In this document: one piece after another, positions 1 through 12,018 of the stretch
How positions within the stretch are numbered: the stretch's first letter is position 1
Layout: each line of letters opens with the position of its first letter
Source of the DNA: Mytilus trossulus
Taxonomy: Eukaryota
Assembly (NCBI RefSeq): GCF_036588685.1
Contig: NC_086382.1
Coordinates: 6,386,001-6,450,000, forward strand
Length of the DNA: 64,000 bases
Direction: 5' to 3'
Notes under the pieces: generated by a model
What the model was told of the DNA's origin: nothing
Database searches by the model: none
The model's input: only the letters and a program-made list of their open reading frames with translations
Made by a program: the position numbers and the translations under genes

Positions 1-270
1 AAATTAAGAAATTATTGAGAAATTAAGAGTTGAACTACCTTAGGCAACTTTGACTCTGGATGAATTTAATTAACCTTTTTTTCTCTGTTGATCATTAAGT
101 TCTTCATGTGTTTGGGTACTTAAACATACTTTATTTTCAAATTGTATCTGGGTCTGAGTGTTACTTGAGAAGATTAAAGATGAAAAGCGTTTTAGATGCA
201 TCAATTGATTAATAAAGTGATATTGTTGTATACTAAAATAAATTCGACACCTGTCTGGTTAAGAAGTACA
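1..270 (+). repeat. Highly decayed family A retrozyme-like copy in intron 2 of gene 1
   Basis: AAATTATTGAGAAATTAAGAGTTGAACTACCTTAGGCAACTTTGACTCTGGATGAATTT aligns by eye to the family A unit; ribozyme core destroyed. Confidence 0.5.
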
Positions 271-336
271 TCAACATTTCCTGTGGATATAGTGCAACAA
301 TGTCATTAAACGCGTAATGTTCCCTTTCTTACATAC

Positions 337-487
337 CTGGGTGACCAGATGCAGCAGCGCTAGGAGTTTCGCCTTTTGTCCACGAGCAGTTTGGGTCTCC
401 AAGTTCCTGTCCATTCGTACGACCATCTTGGTCTGAATCTGTTTGACACAGTTCCTTGGTCCATTTAAATCCAGCAGCCTTAAAGTC
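337..487 (-). CDS. Temptin-like gene 1, exon 2 (exon 3 lies left of the window)
   Basis: AG|DFKAAGFKWTKELCQTDSDQDGRTNGQELGDPNCSWTKGETPSAAASGHPG|GT; 151 nt; temptin W..LC..DSD.DG..NG.ELGDP.C.W motif; frame not shown in the ORF track. Confidence 0.9.
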
Positions 488-1200
488 CTGTCAATTGCCA
501 TACATCAATTTAAAGATAATTCTGACAAACAAAGCAGGGTTGTTAATATCATTTCCAATTCAAAAGTTTATTCAAAGTGAATTTTTGAAATTACTAATTC
601 ATGTATTGAATTCTTGAATTTAAAGATTAAACAAAATAGAAATTTTACATAGATTGTATGCATGCTTTTTACAAAACCATGAAACCAAATATATGTGATT
701 ATTTTTTCATCGATCAATGATAATTAAAACACACGAAAAAAAATGAATACATAGAATACGATATTCATATTATACGCAGAAGTTGTAGAAAGATTTTCAG
801 CTCGATGATTAAAATGGTACTGGAAACCATATCACATTAATTTACATTGATTAAATCTAGAATTTACCCCCAAAAAAACTGTGAAAATCGAACGAAAATC
901 ATGTGAGTCAGAACGTATGGCCCTCTGCATGGGGTTTGAGGCAGATCCGCCGATAAAAAATAACAAATAAAAAATGTTATGGCACATGGTAGGTGTACAG
1001 GGGTAAACATGTTTGCTGCTTAGTAGGATACAACATCAAAATATCTGCAGAACTCTCACCCGTACGTTTATATTTATTCGACTAAGAATTGTGAACTTTC
1101 TCAAATAAATAAATCTATTTTTTTTATATTGGTTATGTTTACAATATATAAATAAAAGAAATGTGGTATTCTTGACTATAAGACAAATGTCCATCATCTT

Positions 1201-2386
1201 ACAGCTCTTCAACGGTTTCGGTACTGATACATCTTCGGATTTCAAATGTTTGGCTTTGAGCGTTCCTGATGAAGGTAAATCCAGAAAAGCGCTTCGGACA
1301 CAAGAAATTAATAACGTGTTGTTTTCAATATTTTACATCACTGGGTCGATACCTATGCTGGTGGACTATCAGTCCCCGAGGGTATCATCAGCTCGGTAGT
1401 CAGCATTTCGGTACTGACATGATTTAACAAACTTTACTCAACTTGTCCGTTTATAAATTTATAAATTATTAAAAAAACTAACGTTTCAACTCCCTCAGGC
1501 AAAGTTGGCTTTAGATGAATTTGGCTGTTTTTTTTAGGTATTTTTTGACAGACAGCTCTTCAACGGTTTCGGTACTTATACATCTTCGGATTTCAAATGT
1601 TTGGCTTTGAGCGTTCCTGATGAAGGTAAATCCAGAAAAGCGCTTCGGACGCAAGAAATTAATAACGTGTTGTTTTCAATTTTTACATCACTGGGTCGAT
1701 ACCTCTGCTGGTGGACTATTAGTCCCCGAGGGTATCATCAGCTCGGTAGTCAGTATTTCGGTACTGACATGATTTAACAAACTTTACTAAACTTGTCCGT
1801 TTATAAATTTATGAATTATTAAAAAACTAACGTTTCAACTCTCTCAGGCAAAGTTGGCTTTAGATGAATTTGGCTATTTATTTTAGGTAATTTTTGACAG
1901 ACAGCTCTTCAACGGTTTCGGTACTTATACATCTTCGGATTTCAAATGTTTGGCTTTGAGCGTTCCTGATGAAGGTAAATCCAGAAAAGCGCTTCGGACG
2001 CAAGAAATTAATAACGTGTTGTTTTCAATATTTTACATCACTGGGTCGATACCTCTGCAGGTGGACTATCAGTCCCTAAGGTATCATCAGCTCGGTAGTC
2101 AGTATTTTGGTACTGACATGATTTAACAAACTTTACTAAACTTGTCCGTTTATAAATTTATAAATTATTAAAAAACTAACGTTTCAACTCTCTCAGGCAA
2201 AGTTGGCTTTAGATGAATTTGACTATTTATTATAGGTTATTTTTGACAGACAGCTCTTCAACGGTTTCGGTACTTGTACATCTTCGGATTTCAAATGTTT
2301 GGCTTTGAGCGTTCCTGATGAAGGTAAATCCAGAAAAGCGCGTCGGACGCAAGAAATTAATAACGTGTTGTTTTCAATATTTTACA
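1201..2386 (+). mobile_element. Tandem ~350-bp hammerhead-ribozyme repeat array (non-LTR retrozyme-like, family A), about 3.4 units, in intron 1 of temptin gene 1 (antisense)
   Basis: Periods of 351/349/349 bp; each unit has GCGTTC-CTGATGA-AGGTAAATCCA-GAAA-AGCGCT-TC-GGACGC (cores at 1266, 1617, 1966, 2315; single variants in units 1 and 4). Confidence 0.85.
1611..1652 (+). ncRNA. Type I hammerhead ribozyme, family A (best copies here and at 1960-2001)
   Basis: Helix I GCGUUC/GGACGC, core CUGAUGA...GAAA, palindromic helix III AAGCGCUU, UUC cleavage triplet ending at 1646; helix II is very short. Confidence 0.75.
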
Positions 2387-2482
2387 AAAACTTAGAATGT
2401 ATAGATTTAGAATCTAGTTTCATTTACATTAGTATCCATAATTAATTATTAAAGAAAATTATAAGAAGAATAAAGGATTTAC

Positions 2483-2665
2483 CAGTCCAAATTGACATCT
2501 TTTCCCTCCTCCTGGTGCCTTGTCGTGTCCTACACCCCACCATGTCTGATTAGTCTGTCCATAACAAGGATCCGGCACCTTATTTCCGTTGGGTATTTTA
2601 TTTTTAAAACCTGGAAATCCAAAAACAACGGTAAACAAGACCAGATATACAATTCCTCTGAACAT
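2483..2665 (-). CDS. Temptin-like gene 1, exon 1 (signal peptide + N-terminal temptin region)
   Basis: ATG at 2665; MFRGIVYLVLFTVVFG-FPGFKNKIPNGNKVPDPC...GVGH...QFGL; 183 nt, phase-0 GT donor at 2482; resembles the Aplysia temptin IPNG..VP.PC...GVGH...NPFG pattern. Confidence 0.9.
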
Positions 2666-5341
2666 GACCACTCGTTTGTAGTGTTTAAAAAATATTGATA
2701 TGCATTTTGCAAAAACTCACATGGAATTAATTGATCCTTTACCTAAGCTTATGTAAAGTAACTACAGTAAAACCTGTAGTTAATTGAACCTTTTTGTTAT
2801 TGAATTTGTTTAGTTATATATACAAATGTTATATTTTAAGGTATACTTTTTTCATATACTGTCACGTCTGCTCTTTCGAGATTGTGACATCACCGAATGC
2901 GACTTACTATATAGTTCTAACTAACATAAGCAACACGACGAGTGCCACTAGCGGAGCAGGGTCTGTGTACCCTTTGGAAGATTATAATTGGTTTTGATTG
3001 AGATTCGTGTTGCTTGCTTGTGTTTGTCTTTTCGTCTTTTTTTATTTTGCAAGTATTTGTAATTTTTTCTCCAACTTATTAAAATGAATTTTACCTTTCC
3101 TCTTTTTCATATTGAGTACAACAGGTTCGTTTACTTATGGCATAAGCTAAACCCAATGTCGATTGATTTAAAACGAGCACATATGTAGAAGTTGTAATAC
3201 CACCAAATCATAGTACGTCACATCTGTTTTCATACGAAAAATGGTCGAAAAAAATTTCCCCTTGGTATTAACAGTAGTAGAAAGTTAACCCTGTGTTTCA
3301 TATATCCTTTTTTTATTGGTTATCTTCCAGTGATGAATATTGCTAAATATGCAATGAAAAGTATGTGAACTGTGTCTGTAGTTATGGATAGGGTAACATT
3401 TCTCTAATGCTAAGTATTTCCGTATTTGAAACGAAGATCAAAGAAGCACATTATTTTTCAAAGTTTCACTTTTACAATGACTTATACAGGGAAATCAATG
3501 GCGGAAAAGGGAAGCTGCACATGCACCAATGATCATGTATGTACTCATGCTTTTCCACCGAAATATCGCAAACATAAGTGGATAAAGTAACAAAGACATA
3601 ATTGTTTAAGAAATGTACAGTAATAAGTAAATGTTAAGTTTTTAAAGCAATAACAACAAATAAATAATAAAAAGGAACCTATCTCTGAAATTCGGCATGA
3701 ATTTAAGATTATCTAAAAACTACAGTAAAATACCATGGAAACTTTTATATAGATAGAAGAAAAAAATGATTAATCATAAAGACATATCCTTGGTGTTCCA
3801 AAAAAACATCCCTGTTGTATTTGATTTTTCTACAGAATATGCTGACATGGTTACTAAAGGTTGTAAAAATGGACGAATATTTGATTGGTAAACTTCAGTG
3901 AGGGTTATTTATATATTTGCACTGAGATGTATGTGAATCTTTGTCTGTAGTATTGGAGAGGATAAAACTAAAGCTAAGTATTTTAAACAAAGATAAGTTC
4001 TGACTTGTTTAGGTAACCATCAACATTCTGATGACTACTTTCTGACGCATGCCTGTGTGAGGTTGCTTTTAAAGTTAATCACAATTTTTTTTTTATTAAT
4101 CAATTTTTACAAATTGTACTTACTTTTAAATTTTTTATACATGTATTCCATGTCAAATTTTCAACCACAAAAATTGATATTTTTCATGATTTTAATTAGA
4201 TTTTAAAGGTTAGATATTATTTGAATAACTCTATTTAAAAAATTCATGTGAATTTTACATAAATATTTTGTATGTGAATTTCGTGTGAATCACATGACTT
4301 TCACCTGAGCATGCTAACTCACATAAACTGATTTCACGTGAGTTTCACGTATAAGCTCGTTTGAGGTGAAATTCATCTGAATTTCACGTGAGATTGACAT
4401 GAATTCAAATTCACGTGAAATTGATGTGAGTGACATTTGCCTTTGTAGCTCTATCATAAATCCCAAAAGTTAATTATGTAGGTTTGACAATCAAATCGGT
4501 TAAGCCGGGTCCCTGGCTTTGGTGAATGATTTTGAAGGATTCATGTGCTGTCATATAGCTCCTCACAACAGGATATGGATCTAAAGGCATCGAAAGACCT
4601 GAAAAACATATATATATAAAGAAATAACAAAAATTCAATTAACCTCATCACAACGTGCATGTGCCGGTTTGTCAAGAAACATGTCGCTTTTGTCTCACTG
4701 TTGTATGTAATTTGGAGAATTGTGTACTGATTGTAGATGTAAGATATATATAGGAAGATGTGGTACGTGTGCTAATGAGAAGACTTTCCATCCAAGTCAC
4801 AATTTATCAAAGTAAACCATTATAGGTCAAGGTACGGTCTTCAACACGGATCCTTTACTCACACCAAACATAATGATATAAAGGGCTCTAAATAAATACT
4901 AGTGTATAACCATTCACACAGGAAACGGTCTATTATATACAGACGAGAGACAAGAAACACTCATAAACCACATCAACAACGACAACTTCTTAACATCCGA
5001 TTCCTGAGGTAAGTTGTAATGCTAGGCACACGGCTAAACGGTAATAAATGGGATTGACAACGAGGCTTTTTTTCAGTTTATAAAAATGAGAATGGAAACT
5101 GGGAATGTGCAGAAGAGATATCAACCCTAACAAAGAGCAGACAATAGCCCAGACCACCATTGGGTCTTCAACACACTTAGATAAGTTTACAAAATATATA
5201 AATATTCAATACTTCCATAAAGTTATGTATCAGTTTGAGAAAGAAAAAAGAGGCCACGTATCTCTACAATCACTAAGTTGCACTCTTCCAAATTTATTAC
5301 TGACGCACTCATCATCCAGTGATTTAACTCATTTTGACCAA

Positions 5342-5492
5342 TTTTATAGCTATAAATACGTTACCATCATAAATTCTGAGTGTAACCCCAATTGCGTCAT
5401 AGGTCAGATGGAAAATCCCAACTAAAAATAAACGTACTCTCACTGGTCCGGACATATACCCCTGTTTGCCCATATTCTTCGATTCAATTTCC
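5342..5492 (+). repeat. DIRS left ITR
   Basis: Reverse complement of 10737-10873 (e.g. CTCACTGGTCCGGACATATACCCCTGTTTGCCCATATTCTTC). Confidence 0.93.
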
Positions 5493-5675
5493 ATCTGCGA
5501 CATCGGTCACACGTGCACATCAAGTTTTACAGATTCAACAGAGAAGTGTTTAGTTTTTTGAATAGCTTAATTGCTTTTCATATATATTGTGTATTTTATT
5601 GGAAATATATTCCCTTGTTTTGTTTAAATATCTAAACAAATTATTTGTGTTTTTTTTACTAAAGTAAAATTTATT

Positions 5676-7541
5676 ATGGACTTTAATTTGAATAGTCCGT
5701 ATGTAAGTATTCCTGGTTCGGACTATCTCTTAGATGGGTCACTACCTTTAAGTCCCCCCCAAACTACCAGTACATTGACCGGTGTTTCGACAACGGTGTC
5801 TGGTAATGCTACCTATCCGACCCTTTCACAAGGTTCGGCCATGCATTTTGGGGGGGTACCTACGTCAACTTCGGTGACTCATACTTTATCTAGGCCTGTT
5901 AATTCAGCGGGTACTATTAGTTCTGTCCCAGGTACAGCTATGGGCTTGAACTTGCCAGGTTTTAGACCCCCATTATCCTATTGTGGATATATGCTTCCCA
6001 ACACGGGCACACAACCTTTACCCTCATTGTCTCAGCCACCTTGGCCACAGTCTTACCCTTATGGTGGGTTTATGCCAAACCAACCTGGTTTTTGGCCTTA
6101 TAGGGACAATTTCTATGGTCCCCCTTCTGGGGTAGCTACTGCACCACCTTGAGCTCCTGCTCTACCCGTAGCAGTATCTTTGACTTCTGCAGTAGCTCCT
6201 TCTACCACCGTACCTGACTCTCAAGCTTCTAGTTCTTCTCATGGTACTCAGGTTTCTGATCATGCATCACCTTTGGATGGTTTACAGAAGTTACTTTTGG
6301 ACTTTGGTGAGTCTTTCAAGGCTGAATTTAGTACTCTATCCAGTCGTATGACTCTACTGGAGAATAGAGTTTCTTCTCATCAACCTTCTCCAGCTAAGTC
6401 TGTAGAATGTGATGAGAGGGAGGATGACGAGCTTTCTGTGTCCCCTGGGAGTCATGAAAGGGCTTTCCTCACTGATGAGGATGTTGAAAGTTCTTCTTCT
6501 CCCAAGGTATCGAAGACGGCCCCTGAGCCTTCTTCTAAGTCAGCTCAACAACCTCCCACCAAGGAGACTGAGGATCCTCCTTCCTTGAAGGATCTTAGGG
6601 ATAAGGTGTATACCTTGATTAGGGATGAAGCACATATCCCTTTTGCCTCTCCTTCCAAGCCGAAGAAACCTTCTTCAACTTTTGAAGCTTCCTGTGGTAT
6701 TTCTCAGGATACTGTGACTTCTCACAATTCTTTTCCTGAATCTGGCCATATGGCTTTTGCTTTACAATTTATTAATGAAGGTATCGCTAATTCTGCTAGT
6801 GAAAAGGTTGCTAATAACAATATCTCAGGATTTGGAATGTCATCCTTTTCTGATCAGGTTAAGTACAAGGATTTTGATATCTTTGATTCTTCACTGGGTA
6901 GACTTGTTCCCAGTTGTGACAAATCTATGTCATCTTTATTGGAAAAAAAGCCAGTATATGGTCTTCGTCTCACTCAACCTGTTTGGTCAAAGACTGAGAA
7001 TCTCCTTCGTAGTGCTTCTCAAGTTCTTGGCACAGCCGAACATTTTCTAGCTGCAACCGGACATTTGCTTAACAGCGAAGATTCGGTTGTTCCAGCAGAA
7101 GTACGATCCTTCTTACTTCAACTGGATAAAGCTTTAGGTTCATCTCAGTTGCTTTTAATGGGTTCTATTGCTAATTGCACCCTATCTAAAAGAGCAGAGT
7201 TTCTTGAAAACATTTCTATCGCTGAGCCTTTGAAATATTCTTTACTGAAATCTCCACTCTCTGACAAGATGTTTGGTTTACCCTTACAGCGGGTTAAAGA
7301 GGAACTCAGCAAAAACCCTCCTCCAGTCAAAGTTAGTGTTCAAGTTACTAATAGCAAGAGGTCGGTTAATGCTACATCTAGTTCTACTAGTACTTCTGCT
7401 TCAGGTGGTCCTCCTTCTTCTGCTAAGAAAAGGAAGAATAACTACGGCAAACCGCAGAACAAACCCAATAACTCAGGAAAAAGCTCAGGTAAGCCTTCTG
7501 GTGGTTTTAAGGGTTCCAAGAAACCTGGGTCTAGTACCTAG
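5676..7541 (+). pseudogene. DIRS ORF1 (gag-like), one in-frame stop at 6150-6152
   Basis: ORFs 5676-6152 and 6180-7541 share a frame; P/S-rich N-terminus, basic C-terminus, position upstream of RT. Confidence 0.75.
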
Positions 7542-9660
7542 GTTATTGCCCCCTCGTACGTTATTGACAGCTTCCCCAGGGGAAAATTTACAACAAGTTC
7601 CTCAAAAATCAATACCAGTAGGGGGGAGGTTAAGTTTTTTCCTAAATCAGTAGAAGAAAATTACCTCAGACTGTTATGTGCTGTCAATAATTCGAGGGGG
7701 ATTAACACTTCAGTTCAAGAACCCACCTCCTCTGTCTGCAGTTCCAATAAGTTTGTCTCATACTCAAGACCCAGTCAAGTGTCAACTTCTATCAGTAGAA
7801 GTGGACACAATGTTACAAAAAGCTGCAATAGAGGAGGTGTCGATCTTAACTCTGTCTCCAGGATTTTATTCCCGTCTTTTTCTGGTTCCAAAGAAGACTG
7901 GAGGAATGAGGCCAGTCATAGACCTATCTATTCTGAACAAATTTCTTATTGTTCCCCACTTCAAAATGGAAACAAACAGATCCATCAGGGCTTCAATCCT
8001 TCCAGGAATGTGGACTACTTCTCTGGATCTTTCAGACGCGTATCTCCACATTCCCATTTCCAAAACTTACAGGAAATACCTTCGCTTCGTTTGGAACAAC
8101 AAAGTTTTCCAGTTCAAGGCTCTCCCTTTTGGCCTGTCTACAGCCCCTTTGGCTTTTACCAAAATCATGCAGGCAGCTATAGCTCACCTACATTCCCTGT
8201 CTATTCAGATTCATTCCTACCTGGACGATTCCCTTCTCAAGGAATTTTGCCCAATCAAATTGAGGGTTCAGACAGATTTGGTCATCAATTGTTTTCTGTC
8301 CCTAGGCTTCCTTATCTCTTGGAAAAAGTCAGAGATAATTCCGTCTCAAGACTTTGTTTTCCTGGGAGAACATTTCCTAACCAGTGTAGGCCTAGTCCTC
8401 CTACCAGAGGAGAACTTTACAAAACTATGTCAGAAAATACATTTATTCCTGACGGTTCAATCAGTCACAGCACGTCAATTCTTGCAACTTCTGGGTCTAT
8501 TGAACTCTCTGGCAGATGTAATTCCATTGAGACGACTTCACATTCGTCCGCTTCAGTTTTATCTGCACAAGTTATGGATTGCAGCTTCACAAGAATGGGA
8601 AGCATTGATTCCAATCACTCAGCCTTTATTTCCACACCTTCAATGGTGGTTAGTACGGGAAAATGTAATGAGGGGCCTATGTCTGTCCCCTCAAGTTCCC
8701 AGTCTAACATTATTCACAGATGCCTCCAACCTCGGTTGGGGAGCATATCTGGAGGGGCTTACAATCTCGGGAGTCTAGAGTCCAGATCTTTTGGAAGAGC
8801 ATATCAATGTATTGGAAATGAAAGCAGTTCTGTTTGCACTGAATCATTTCCAAATGTCTCTAAAGAATCAGTCTGTCATTCTGGCCACGGACAATACAAC
8901 AGTTGTAGCTTATCTCAAGAATCAGGGAGGAACTCATTCACCTTCTCTTTATCAGATAGCCAGAGACATTCTCCTTCTGTGTTTTCAACTCCAGGTTCAT
9001 CTAGTGGTGAGACATATTGCGGGGCACCTCAATATTCTAGCCGACACTCTATCCAGATCCCTTGCTCCAGTAAACACGGAGTGGGAACTACTTCAAGTTG
9101 TTTTCAAAGCTGTGACTCTTCATTGGGGGTCACCTCAGATAGATCTGTTTGCGACCAGTCTCAATCACAAACTTCTAACATTTGTGTCTCCGGTTCCAGA
9201 TCCAAAATCTTTTGCGGTAGACGCAATGAGCCTATCTTGGAAAGGAATGTTCGGGTACGCCTTCCCTCCTTTCAGGTTTCTCTCCCCAGTACTTCAGAAA
9301 ATAGCAGGGGAAAATTGCAAGATCATAGTTATTGCTCCAGCATGGCCAAAACAGTCTTGGTTTCCAGACCTTCTGCGCCTATCATGTGCTTGTCCTCTAG
9401 TTCTACCTCTGAGACCAGACCTTCTGTCTCAAATCAAGGGCAAGGTTCTTTATCAAAATCCAGAAAAACTTCATCTACACGCCTGGCTTCTCTCAGGGTT
9501 AGTCTCAGAAAGAGAGGTTTTTCTGAAGGAGCAACCAAGCATCTCACAAAGTCTGTCAGAGACTCCACTAGCATTGTCTATGATGCAAAATGGTCAATCT
9601 TCTCAGATTGGTTTAGTGAGCGGGAAATTGATCCTTTCCAAGTCACTGTACAACAATTAG
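7540..9660 (+). pseudogene. DIRS pol: reverse transcriptase, RNase H and Dam-like methyltransferase; in-frame TAG at 7651 and 8776 (5' boundary approximate)
   Basis: GGRL..F, FYSRLFLVPKKTGGMRPVIDL, LDLSDAYLH, LPFGL, YLDD, FTDASNLGWG, HINVLEM, DNTT, DLFA...YAFPPF motifs all in one frame. Confidence 0.93.
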
Positions 9661-10578
9661 CAGACTTTCTAGGTTTTTTTTTTTGAATCCAAAGGATTAT
9701 GTCCCTCTACTATTAAGGGATATAGATCAGCTATCTCAAGAACTATTCATATTTCTGGTGGCCCAGATCTTGGAATCAATGAGCATATTTCTCTTTTGGT
9801 TCGTAGTTTTAGTCTTGAAGGACCAAGACAAAAAACTTTAGTTCCTAAGTGGGACCTTGGACTAGTTTTATCCTTTTTAAAACTTCCTCCTTTTGAACCA
9901 GCAGAAACAATAGATCTAAGGTTTCTTTCCTATAAATGCTGTTTTCTTTTAGCTTTGGCTTCTGGACGGAGAAGGAGTGAAATCCATGCCTTCTCTATTT
10001 CTGATGCTTGCCTTCGATTTAACAGGGATAAATCTTCTGTTACTCTTTTAACGGATCCTGCTTTTTTGGCAAAGAATCAGATTCCAGATAAGGGTGCAGA
10101 ACCAGTTGTGATTCCTGCACTCCATAGCGATTCTATTTCTGTACTTTTATGTCCAGTAAGAATCCTTTCTATTTATCTGGAAAGAACGTGTAGTTTACGT
10201 TCTGTTTCTAACTCAAGACTCTTTATTCCTATTAAAAAAGGAATCTCAGATATTTCTGTTAAAACTATTTCTACTTGGATATGCAAATGCAGATCTTTAG
10301 CTTATGGTTCTTCTAAGGCAGAACTTTTAAATAGTTTTAATGTTAAAGCCCATGATGTTAGGGGTGTCTCTACATCCTGGGCTCTGTTTAACAGTGCATC
10401 TTTAGAAGAGGTACTGTCTGCAGGTTTCTGGAGAAATGAGAACTCTTTTATATCTCACTACCTCCAATCGTTGGCTACTTTTGCCGAGAGTTTATACTCT
10501 CTTGGACCTATAGTTTCAGCACAAAGATTGAACTTTCCTCCTGTTTCTTCTGTTACAGGGGATTCAGCTTTACGTTAG
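7779..10578 (+). pseudogene. DIRS ORF3: tyrosine recombinase with long N-terminal frame overlapping pol; frameshift at T11 run 9674-9684
   Basis: YDAKW..F..W, PSTIKGYRSAI, LASGRRRSEI, LCPVR, AHDVR, AGFW, FISHY (R-H-R-W-Y catalytic set); removing one T joins 7779-9686 to 9796-10578. Confidence 0.9.
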
Positions 10579-10586
10579 ATTCTGTT

Positions 10587-10686
10587 ACTCAGAATTTATG
10601 ATGGTAACGTATTTATAGCTATAAAATATTCAAATTTTAAAGTAAATTTGGATTTTATTAGATAAATACTTACCATCATAAATTAT
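10587..10686. repeat. DIRS internal complementary region (ICR)
   Basis: First part is the reverse complement of the element's left end, second part the reverse complement of the right end, joined at GCTATAAAATATTC. Confidence 0.92.
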
Positions 10687-10736
10687 AGGTCCCACCCACC
10701 TCCCCTTCATCCCCTTTCCTTATGTTTCTGTCTTGA

Positions 10737-10914
10737 GGAAATTGAATGGAAGAATATGGGCAAACAGGGGTATATGTCCGGACCAGTGAGAGTACGTTTA
10801 TTTTTAGTTTGGATTTTCCATCTGACCTATGACGCAATTGGGGTTACACTCATAATTTATTATGGTAAGTATTTATCTAATAAAATCCAAATTTACTTTA
10901 AAATTTGAATATTT
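10737..10914 (-). repeat. DIRS right ITR plus right extension
   Basis: Inverted copy of the left ITR followed by a ~40-nt extension complementary to the ICR. Confidence 0.93.
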
Positions 10915-11181
10915 ACACACCCAGTGGTCAAACAGTGTCCGGAGTGCATTTTTAAGTCCAGTGCGATGTAAGACCTACTGTAAAGTTCTCCTCTTAATTT
11001 TGTGTGCGTAGTATTTTTGAAATGAATCTATGCTATAGGTTTATTTATTAACTATTCTATTAATCACACTTACAAGAGGATGATAAATTCCAACCCCCTC
11101 AAAATAAAATTTAAATGTAGAATCATGTTAACGCTCCTGTACCAAATTAGGAAATCTCTTATTTGAAGTATAGGTAATACA

Positions 11182-11822
11182 AATAAACTCATCATAGATT
11201 TCAGGACAAAATTGTGTACATACGCCAGACGCGCGTTTCGTCTACATAAGACTCATCAGTGACGCTCGAATCCAAAAAAAGTTAAAAGGCCACACAAAGT
11301 CCGAAGTTGAAGAGCATTGACGATAAAAATTCCTAAAATTTTTGCCAAATACAGCTAAGGTAAGCTATGCCTGATGTAGAAAAGCCTTAAAATTTAAAAA
11401 ATTCAAAATTTTGTAAACAGTTAATTTATAAATATAACCATATCAATAATAATTCATGTCAGCACGAAAAGTGCTGACTACTGGGCTGGTAATAACCTCG
11501 GGGAAATAGATCTCCACCAGCAGTGGCATCGACCCAGTGGTTGTAATAAAACTCATCATAGATATCAGGACACAATTTTGTACATACGCCACACGCGTGT
11601 TTCGTCTACATAAGACTCATCAGTGACGCTCGAATCCAAAAAAAGTTAAAAGGCCAAATAAAGTCCGAAGTTGAAGAGCATTGACGATCAAAATTCTTAA
11701 AGTTTTGCCAAATACAGCTAAGATAATCAATGCCTGAGGTAGAAAAGCCTTATAATTTCAAAAATTCAAACATTTAGTTTATAAATATAACCATATCAAT
11801 GATAATTCATGTCAGCACAAAA
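11182..11822 (-). mobile_element. Retrozyme-like family B tandem (364-bp period, about 1.8 units)
   Basis: Hammerheads at 11222-11265 (intact, GUC) and 11586-11629 (GUG triplet, predicted inactive). Confidence 0.85.
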
Positions 11823-12018
11823 AGGAGTTGCCCGATTTCTAAATACAGACTGTTACATACATTTACAACTTTTCTAGAGGCGGGCAATTTACAGCTCGAC
11901 AAATTTCTATTAATGACGCTAATATATATTAATCGAAGATAGACTGTTATATTATGTTAAGGGTAATGAAGGTATTTGCTGACAACACAATCGTATCATA
12001 CCACGTCTATTCTTTTAA

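Larger units (their letters stand above)
5342..10914 (+). mobile_element. DIRS-1-like tyrosine recombinase retrotransposon, full length, ORFs disrupted
   Basis: Inverted terminal repeats, internal complementary region, gag/RT/RNaseH/MT/YR in canonical order, ATTT at both ends. Confidence 0.95.

Noticed and set aside
271-501. 76-aa minus-strand ORF from the track
   Set aside because: Wrong frame; the real exon is 337-487 in another frame
1163-1399. 78-aa ORF in the tandem array
   Set aside because: Incidental frame across a non-coding ribozyme repeat; its start lies outside the unit
5105-5425. 106-aa ORF as a gene disrupted by the DIRS insertion
   Set aside because: Begins in a SINE-like repeat and runs into the ITR; no recognisable protein features
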